DNA from: Chrysomallon squamiferum
Taxonomy: Eukaryota; Animalia; Mollusca
NCBI GenBank assembly: GCA_012295275.1
Contig: CM022668.1
Location: 13,454,001 to 13,518,000, forward strand
Length of the DNA: 64,000 bases
Direction: 5' to 3'
Both the position numbers and the translations under genes were made by a program. Below the pieces are notes generated by a model. That model was not told the origin of the DNA. It did no database searches and saw only the letters and a list, made by a program, of their open reading frames with translations. Shown here piece after piece: positions 39,777-64,000 of this stretch (position 1 is the first letter of the stretch; each line of letters begins with the position of its first letter).

Positions 39777-40202
39777 ATTAAGACATTTTACGATTCGCGC
39801 CTATATCAGTAATAACCACAAACAGATTTATACAACATTTTCTAAAACAGACAACCCAAATAAAACAAATAAACTGACCCACTTCGTGCGGTGTATTTAT
39901 TTTATAAAGAGATAACAGATTTTTTTTTTCCCATTAAAGCAGCTTTAAATGACTAACGTACCCGAACAAGGTACCCGATATAATATGTCACTTAGAAGTG
40001 CTTGCAGTAATAAAAACGTCAGACGTTTAAACATAATCTGTTTTACAAGTGTGTAGGCAAACATACCAAAGGTTTAACCACGGTACTGAATATGGCTTTG
40101 ACTTTATTGGAGCAAGCTTTATTATTAGGTCCGAGTGATTTTAAACGGGAGAAAATATATTTGTATGGTTGTAGAAATTATGTATGTACTCATATATTAT
40201 AT

Positions 40203-40256
<54 letters not shown>

Positions 40257-40275
40257 TATATATTATAACATATAC

Positions 40276-40328
<53 letters not shown>

Positions 40329-40483
40329 CGTAATATGAGATGTATACATTTTAAAACTATTTATTGTGATATGTCATGGAACAAGCCCATTGAATAAAAT
40401 AACAGTGGTTACTAAGAACCTTTTCTGCTTTCAAAGGGCACATATAACAGTTGAAGTTTCAACTATAGGTCCACTACTGATTA

Positions 40484-40497
40484 CCACCACCACCCCA

Positions 40498-40562
<65 letters not shown>

Positions 40563-40584
40563 CACCACCACCACCACCATAACC

Positions 40585-40642
<58 letters not shown>

Positions 40643-40872
40643 TTACTACCACCACCACCACCACAACCACTACTACTACTACTACTACTACAACTACTAC
40701 TACTACTACTACCACCACCACCACCACCACAACTACTACAACTACTACTACTATTACTACCACCACCACCACCACCACAACCAGTACTACTACTACTACT
40801 ACCACCACCACCACCACCACAACAACTACTACTACTACTACTATTACTACTACTACCATCACTACTACTACT
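40484..40872. repeat. (ACT/ACC)n compound microsatellite
   Basis: Directly visible; source of the poly-Thr/Val/Ser ORFs. Confidence 0.95.
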
Positions 40873-41294
40873 TACTATTATACTAATACTAGCCTCCGAT
40901 AGCCACACCTAGACGTGCTAGTACAATTAGAATTACAGAGATCCTTAATAAACGCCCCCCCCACACACACATATACACACCTACACACCCATATCCACGC
41001 ACACGGAAGGATCGAAAATAGATTTTCATCAGAACTGAACTATTACGTTATTTTCTCCCATTAGCTTTCCAGGTAGGTCTGTCCGGTTTGACGGCATAAA
41101 AATATTTATCATGCCTTCCTTTTCTGTCAATGAGGAGATCGTGTATAACTGAAAAAGATATAAACTTAGTTATCAGTGTTATCAATCTACAGTGACGTTT
41201 CTTGTTTTTTACTTTTTAAATGTTTTTTATTTTTTTTTTTTTTTTTTATATATATTTAAGGTTGGGAAGGAAGGGACGGAGGGTGAAAGGGCAA

Positions 41295-41418
<124 letters not shown>

Positions 41419-41697
41419 AATCTGTATTTAAACTCTAATCATATAATTATCTCTTTGTTTGCCTGAGGTGTCACTGTCACTAAATCTGTGAAACACATTT
41501 TTGTTTCGACAATATGATGCACATTTCACATTTAAATATATGAGTGTGTTTCCTTTATTTTATTTTACTTTTATTGTCAAAAATACCAAAACAATAACAA
41601 CAAAAAACCCAACAAAAAACCCCAACAACAACAACAAAAAAAAAAAAAAAAAAAACCCTCTGCTATTAATATTAATTTCATCAGCAGTAAGATTTCT

Positions 41698-41730
<33 letters not shown>

Positions 41731-42449
41731 CAGGTTCCGCTTTAGGCATGTCTGCATATAATACGAATGACAATGACATACACACATGAACATACAATGC
41801 TGCTTAACTTATGACCCAGTGGTAGCTAAGAATATTTGATCTTTCAATCTCGGTTACCTCTCAAGTGAAGACCGCCCCTTGACCGTTGATTCGATCCGGG
41901 AATTACAACTTTTTTTTCTGATTATCTCCGGTGTATTCAATCTTCTGTGCTTATCGGACTATATATATATATATATACCCGAGATGAAATCTTAGCACTC
42001 CCCGTTTTGTTGTTACGATATCATAAAACTTTTGGTTCAATATAAATAAAAGCCGGTATCTGTCTCTGTTATGATTTCGTCATATAATTATAAGCCTCGG
42101 GATTAAACGTAAGTCACATTTTTGAGTTTTTAATACGGTCTTTACTGTTACGTATTATGTATACAGTATATTTATTTTTTATTATTATTATTTTTTTTTT
42201 TACTGATAAGAATATTATAATATATTGGACCGTAAGTATTAAATACTTTATATATTGTACGTTGAGTATTATATATTGTTTTAATACTGCTTGTTACATA
42301 TTTTATATTTTATGCATTGAACTGGTTAGATTTTTATTTTATATGGAATACGTGACGTATCACACACGGTTCGGTAAGTGTTTAATTTTATGGTTTACGC
42401 TCCATCAAACATTAATTATTATTGAGTTACGTCTACGTTAGATGCGCTC

Positions 42450-42590
42450 TTCCGACCACCTCCGTTAAACGGTCACCCTGACTACAACTCTGTATTACAA
42501 CCACCTGTGTATGACGACAACAACCACTCTTATCTGAGTTGCTGTCATAGACACGTATCTTGAGTGGCCGTTATAGACAGGTTCGTGTGC
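42450..42590. mobile_element. Possible degenerate pogo/Tigger-like MITE remnant
   Basis: Ends in GAGTGGCCGTTATAGACAGGTTCG, preceded by a second TCATAGACACG copy and ACCACCT repeats on the left. This resembles the subterminal repeats of invertebrate pogo-type MITEs, but the termini and TA target-site duplication are not intact. Confidence 0.3.
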
Positions 42591-43320
42591 AAATTGTTAA
42601 ATTAGCGGTAGTTCTGAAGTTTTACACTGACTGTTATTTATAAAGATAAATTATTATTTCTTAGCAGTTTTCATTTACGTGCTTGATAAACTGTATCTGT
42701 TTATGATCTGACATACCTACCCGGATAGGAATGAACAGGGTGTTTTGTGGTTTCATGATAGCAGCTCGCGAACAACCTGACCGCGAAATCAATCCCCGTC
42801 TGTGTGGCTTTTGGCTTATTTCCCAATCTAAACCAGCTCATACCAGCCTAGTATCAGATCCATCAGATTATACATTTCTGTCTGCTGAACTGTATTCATA
42901 AAATATCCTGTTTTTTTTTTTTTTTTTTTATATTGCATTATTATTATTATTTTATTTTTTTGGATCATCTTGCTCACGGAATTTGAGTTTATATAAAGTA
43001 AAGTACTAAAATAAGGACGTCTTAGCTTTATTTTTTTAATTTTTTTTTTTTTTTATTTTATTTTTGAATTTTATTATTAACAATTTTCAATTATTAATTA
43101 TTATTATTTTTTATCATTGTCGTCAACAACACAGTAATATTGCATAAAATTCGAACATCGCCATCTTGTCATTTCGCAAATGAAGTCTTAACACCGTAGA
43201 TGAAACTTTAGGACAATGTACGCAATGACGTCAGTGCTTTCGAAAAATGGCCGCACAGACAAACTTATTTTAAACTTTCGTCTTTTGTTCTTATACTTCA
43301 TTATTAACAAAGATTAGTCG

Positions 43321-43418
<98 letters not shown>

Positions 43419-43971
43419 CTCCTCCTCTCCTCTATATGTCTATATGTATGTATATATACGTATATATGTATGTGTGTGTGTATGTATCTATGTATGGGAG
43501 TGTGTGTGTATATATATGTGTGTGTGTGTGTGTGTGTCTATATATACACACACACAAAACATACACACATGAACATACATATAGTGTTTCTTTATATCGT
43601 AAAAAAATCTGTAAGAAAATCAAAAAAGTCATAAAGTAACAATGAATAATTCATGTACGTGAAATTCACACATTAATTTGTTTATGTTCATGCCTCCTTA
43701 CATGTAATTAATTTACATTTCATGTAACCCATTAGGTAAATTAGTAATTTCTTTATTTCTAACACATAATCTCATACATATACATGTAATCAAAATTTAG
43801 GTGTATAATATTATCATCTATCTCTCTGTCTGTGTGTGTATATATATATTTCTGTATGTATGTGTATGTATGTATGTATATTATGCATGTACATATATAT
43901 ATATATACACATATATATATATGTATGTATGTATGTATGAATATATATAAATATATGTACGTATGTATGTG

Positions 43972-44002
<31 letters not shown>

Positions 44003-44669
44003 TGTTATTATTGTTACATCTATATGTTTATCTATACACTTAATGGGTAACGGATTGTTTTAGGAAGGATCGAATATCAGTGAATATCGGGTGATGAACT
44101 TTGAACACAAGTATGAAGATTATCTTGTTTATCAACTAAAGAATGTTGCACTGTTCAGATAAAAAACATCGACCTTCCTACAGTGTAACAATGTTTGAGA
44201 TTTTTGTAATTGGTTATACGTTTGCACGGGGGGTATGGGGGAATCTTTGCACGAGGGAAGGGGGGACAGAGAAATAGATGTGCCGAATTTTTTGCTCAGA
44301 TAAAAAAAATATGCAGCGTCTTACAACACCTACCCTACCTTTCCCGACTGTCTGTCTGTCTGTCTTCCTTGAATTGTGGAGGTCAATTTGACCACACCCA
44401 CTGATCCATGAATCGTACGCAAGTATACGTCAAGTCTCGTAATGTATTATGCAGGGATTAGAAGTCAAAGGGTTAAACCAACACTTAACAACAACATGCA
44501 GATGTATAAGGTAGTAAGTAGTAGTAGTAGTAGTAGTAGTAGTAGAAGTAGTAGCCTGTCATACTTTGTGATTGAGTGAAATATTGGAGGATATTTTAGA
44601 AACAAAAAGGGGAAAAAAAAAAAAAAACCAGGAAAAAAACAACCAGCAACGAGAAACAAACATGGTTGA

Positions 44670-44830
44670 CATTTTGATGAGTCACGTCAACGTAGCTCAT
44701 GAATAATTAATTTCCGGCTGCACTGCACGTGCTCTGCGCGGTCTGAGGTCACTGACCTCGAAGGCTGACAAAAGCAGCCGTTGGCGTGATATCGGGATCG
44801 TGTGAACACACACGTTTCTATAAATATCTG
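44670..44830 (+). promoter_or_regulatory. Putative chitin synthase proximal regulatory cluster (AP-1, E-box, IR1, TATA-like)
   Basis: TGAGTCA at 44678-44684, CACGTG at about 44726, GAGGTCACTGACCTC at 44745-44759 and TATAAATA at 44819-44826, all in a CpG-rich patch 650-800 bp upstream of the ATG. Motif evidence only. Confidence 0.4.
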
Positions 44831-45277
44831 CGTATACCCGTATGTGTGGGTGTGCGTGTGGGTGCGTGCGTGTTTGTATGTGTGTTTGTTTGTGTGTGTG
44901 TGTTTGTGTGTGTCTCTGTGCGTGTGTTTATGTTTATGTATTTATACTTGTATCTATGTATGTATGCTCTCTCTCTCTCTCTATATATATATACACACAC
45001 ACACACATACGCACACTGATATATACAGATAGCTATGTGTATTTATGTGTATGTATGTGCGTGTGAATATACAAAATCCTAATGGGACTGAATTAATAGA
45101 CAGACATTCTATCAAAGGAACCAGGAAGTGCATTTTAATAGCTTATGAATTAAACATACCTTGAAGGAAATAAATCAAAGAAAAACAAAAGCTCACCTGA
45201 AATATTTATATGTTTAGATTATTAGAGATAATGTTTGTTAGATAATGTCTATCTTAGCGTGCATAATTTTATGCACA

Positions 45278-45309
<32 letters not shown>

Positions 45310-45480
45310 TTTATACACACATATCCTGAAATCATTATCAAAAAGTGGCAAGATAAATTTACATATCTTTTTTTTCAGTCACTGAACAAAACAAAAAATA
45401 CAGCTCTGTGGAATGACTTGTAAATTTCTTTGCAGATTGCTGAAAACCGAGAGCACAAAACGTCTGACGTCAAAACAACC

Positions 45481-59102
<13,622 letters not shown>

Positions 59103-60596
59103 TCAGCAACAACAACAACGACGCTAACCAGAGCAATAGAAAAAACAAACAACAACAAAATCAACAACAAAAAACAACAATAAATATATGCCAATCATGG
59201 AAATACTAAGTATTCGAATGTTTATTTTTGAATATCGGTGATTGCTAATTAGTTATTTAAAACAGTTTGTTGGGGAAAACAATTTCCATATGAACAAACC
59301 AAAAACAAACATTAACTTGTTCTGAAAGCCCTAAACCGGAAAAAAAAAAATAATAATAATATGAAAAAAAAGAAGAAAAAAAGTATAGTATTAAAAAAAA
59401 GGAAGCTACAGTATTAATAATCTTCATCAATAATAAAAACTATATATATATATATGTTTATAAGGACTTCAAATTTGCTATGTGTTAAGACAATCAAAAG
59501 GCCAATACCAAAGTGATATACGCCAACACCGAAGTTTGTTAATTATAGACTAAACAACCATGTGAACCAATGGAGAAAAATTTGAGAAAAATTTCAGTCG
59601 AGAAAACAGTCTACCTAGAACTGGGCTTACGGAAACCGAAATCTGACAGTCAGTTAAATCACCAGAGTATATTTTCTTACAAAGAGACAAGGAAAAACCC
59701 ACTAAATTTAGGCTATGATTGTCCACAACGAAGCACAAGACGCGATGGCCGTCAGTTAACTCTACCAGAAGCATTAACAACAGAAACAAAGACTTTAAAA
59801 TGCCATAGTAACAATTATGCCTAGAATTAAGACAGTAAGAACAAAGAGAGACGATTAAGAGTATGTGATTCTTAAGTTTTCAAGGAAATAAAAATCAGGC
59901 ACACACAGTAGTACTTAATAAGTTAAATGATAAATAAAATAAAATAAAATAAAATAAAATAACCTTTCATTTAATAGGACACATATTATATTATGATTAT
60001 AACACAAACAATATCTCCTAACTTTGTATAATCGTTCAGCTAAATTTATATTTAGAGACTGCAATTTTACGATTCGTGAAAAAAATCACTAGAGTATGTC
60101 AGGACATTGCTTTAGTTCATTTATTTCCATGCTTATATAAATTTAAGAGTTATTTAGTTCAAGCATTGTAATCTTGAATATCTCCACATTTTATACACGT
60201 GTATGCACGACTAACAACGATTTTAATGTAATAATGTGTTGACCCTAATAAAATATATTCTTTGTATTCTTTTGTATTTTATTGTATGTCGTAATAGCAT
60301 CATCGATTCCGATCATATTATTCGTATATCATTATTTATATATGATATCTTATAGCATTTGTATCATGTTCCGTTAACTATTTTGGACCTGGCCATAAAA
60401 TGAAATTATTGAAATCAATAATAGTTTTCCGTACAGTGTTGTGCATAAGTAATAAAAAATGACCGAATCAAAGAGCAGTTTTAAACGTGAGCTTTTAAAG
60501 AAGCTTGAACGACTCTTTAATTCATGATAGTATTTCATGGCACATGTGTGTCCACAACTGCAAAATTAATCTAAAGTGACCCACTTACAGTGAGGG

Positions 60597-61300
<704 letters not shown>

Positions 61301-61354
61301 CCTCAGACTATCTACCGGCCTACCTGCCTCTTTATCTGTCTCTCTATTTATCTC

Positions 61355-61391
<37 letters not shown>

Positions 61392-62315
61392 ATGTCTGTT
61401 CGATTCTAAAACCTGATTATCATTATTTTAATTTCGTTTCAAAATATTCGTCATCATCATCGTCATCATTCACAGCAGTCATCAGTATTATTTATCGTTA
61501 TAACAGTTTTCATCATGATAATCATCCCACCTTCTTAATCATTATCATCATTATTTTAAAACTGCGATAATGTGAAATATTTAAAATTAATTTTGGGACA
61601 TATAGCTCCTTTTGCTGTGATGAGTCACAATTTTAGAAAACAAAATACATTTTTGTTTTATTTTATTATGTTTATTTTTTTTTATTTTTTTTAAATGAAA
61701 AATACTGATAAGTTGCAGGTGTTACATGGTTCGTACTTTCTTTCTTTCATTCATTCATTCTTTCTTTCTTTTTTCTTTATTTTTTTTCTATTACTAACGC
61801 AAGACTTATTCTTATCTTATCTACTTTTCGGTGAAGATAAACCAGGTTAAACAATACAAGCCGCACATTAAATGGAAATACTTTAAGACCGGATTGGATA
61901 AATGTTCAAAATATGTACCGTACAAATTTACTGTTTAATAATCTCATAATGAAGGTTTTAGCTTAAAATGTAGTATAGGAATACCGTTTAATAAATAAAT
62001 AAATAAATAATATATGTGTGTGTCTATATGTGTGTGTAAACACACGTACACGTGATTTTTGTCTGAATGCAGTTCAGTAATATGATTATTATTATTATTT
62101 TAAATGGAAACGGGTTCAGCTCAAACATTATTTTATTATTTATTCATTTAAATATGCTTATACTGCTACTGCTACTGTTAATAATAATAATAATAATAAT
62201 AAAAACAACAACAATAATAATAGTATCAATAATAATAATAATAATAATAATAATGGTAATAATAATAATAATAATAATAAAGATAATAATAATAATAATA
62301 ATAATTATGAAGATG

Positions 62316-62357
<42 letters not shown>

Positions 62358-62379
62358 GGTAATAATAATAATAATAATA

Positions 62380-62421
<42 letters not shown>

Positions 62422-62694
62422 TATGATGATGATAATAATAATAATAACAATAATAATCATAATAATAATAATAATAATTATGATGATGATGATAATAATA
62501 ATAATAAATTAATAATAATTATAATAGTAAAAATATGATGGGCGTCAAATCGATTATGTTTTATCTCTCGTTATCTTCTCTGAGGAACAAGGAAGTTTAA
62601 ATTCGTGACAGCCAGCACACGATAACTAAAGTTTTATTCCCTGTTTTATCTTGTTAGTGGTTTTTAGTTTAATATATAACATATACCGTAAATA

Positions 62695-63010
62695 GATGCA
62701 TATTTCTATCCCTCCTTTCAGTTTAATTATTGTTTATAATTACAGTTTGGTCGTAATATATATATTATAATTAAAATGATGTTTGGATCTTTTTGTAGTT
62801 TAATTTTTGTTTATAATTATAAATTTTCATAACATGTATCACAAAATAAAAACATATTTTATCTGTTTTTTAATTTCAGAAGTTTTATAATGTCAGATTT
62901 TCATAACATATACTCTACATAAAAAAATATTTCTATCTTTTTTTTTTTTTTTTTTTTTTTGTAGTTTAGTTATTGTTTATAACAACAGATTTTCTTAACA
63001 TATACAATGA
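62695..63010. repeat. Degenerate ~70-80 bp tandem repeat, about 4 copies
   Basis: Recurrent ATATTTCTATC...GTAGTTTAATTATTGTTTATAAT.ACAGATTTTCATAACATAT. Confidence 0.6.
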
Positions 63011-63108
63011 AATAAAATGAAATAACTAAATCTTTTTTAGTTCAATAATTTTTGAATTACAATTTTCCATAATATACAGTGATATGCTATAAATAAATAT
63101 ATTTATAT

Positions 63109-63200
<92 letters not shown>

Positions 63201-64000
63201 ATTTTAAACTTAACATTATACATATATCTATAGTTCCTCACGTGACATTTAGTTCTGTTACTGCATATTATTTATAATCGTAATCTTTCATAAAATATAC
63301 TATAAATAAATGCAGTTATCTTTCTTATTTCAATTTTAATTGCAATTATTGTATGATACAGCAATAAAATAATCTTTCATAATAATTGACAAATGCAGAA
63401 CAAGGTGACATACACACGATAGAACAGCTCGTTCAAGATCACAGAAATATATATATATATATATATATTTTAATTACACAGTAAGATCAAGTTTTAACAT
63501 CCCTGACATCAAAATCATCCTCATCCTCATCCTCATCATCATCATCATCAGTGTCATCATAATCAAAATCATCCATTATGGTCATAACCCATCCTGTTCT
63601 TAATCATCTTCTTCATCATCATTATCATCATCATCATCATCAACAATATCATCACAGCGTTGCTAACAGTTAAATATTTTTCATCAGAGAATGTGTAATC
63701 AGAAAGTGACATTTTAGGTCACCGTATCTGATAAAAATGGCAGCCTTTGTCACCTTGAAGGGGCGAGGCAATTCGTCAGAACAGGATGCGGGATGTATCA
63801 GCATTTTTAAAAATAATTTAACGAAGAAATAAGCTTCAATAAATAAATAAATAAATAAATAAATAAACAAACAAATAAATAAAATAAAATAAAATAACTA
63901 AATTAAATAAAATAAAAAAAAATAAAATAAAAATAAAATAAAATAAAATAAATGAATGAATAAATAAATAAATAAATAAATAAATATAAATTAATAAATG

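Noticed and set aside
40206-40320. (CA)n...(TG)n inverted repeat hairpin
   Set aside because: Made only of ubiquitous dinucleotide repeats; expected by chance at this density.
41812-41900. Second SINE-like head (TGACCCAGTGG ... GATTCGATCC)
   Set aside because: Boxes are degenerate and too far apart; not supportable.
41953-41961. ATCGGACTA as the right TIR of the Academ element (reverse complement of TAGTCCGAT)
   Set aside because: Only 9 bp match, no further similarity or matching TSD, 9 kb away; compatible with chance.
59570-59824. 84-aa ORF downstream of chitin synthase
   Set aside because: AT-rich, no motifs or splice support; probably 3'UTR or intergenic.

Overview
This is AT-rich eukaryotic DNA packed with microsatellites, with short GC-rich exons. 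It looks molluscan and probably octopod cephalopod (inferred from composition, a SINE-like relic and the protein families). Two spliced protein-coding genes lie on the + strand, both polysaccharide-polymerising glycosyltransferases. The first is a two-coding-exon chondroitin sulfate synthase (CHSY1-like, 12798-13565 joined to 22384-23790, 724 aa). The second is a 14-coding-exon metazoan chitin synthase (45481-59102, about 1545-1550 aa) with all catalytic motifs and no visible myosin head. Between them lie an internally deleted, frameshifted Academ (XPG-type) DNA transposon relic (about 31022-32892), a tRNA-derived SINE relic and a probable pogo/Tigger-like MITE relic. The most striking anomaly is at chitin synthase coding exons 4/5: joining the best-looking donor and acceptor leads into GUU-CCC-UGA-C, and the catalytic domain continues only in the +1 frame. 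This resembles an antizyme-type shifty stop, although a weaker splice site or a 1-bp assembly error would explain it equally well. Other signals are a perfect IR1 nuclear-receptor (EcRE-type) palindrome upstream of the chitin synthase, a 66-bp minisatellite with five perfect CRE sites upstream of CHSY, a perfect 32-bp intronic hairpin, and a ~36-bp-period palindromic array. Almost all other ORFs in the track are microsatellite translations or shadows of real exons.
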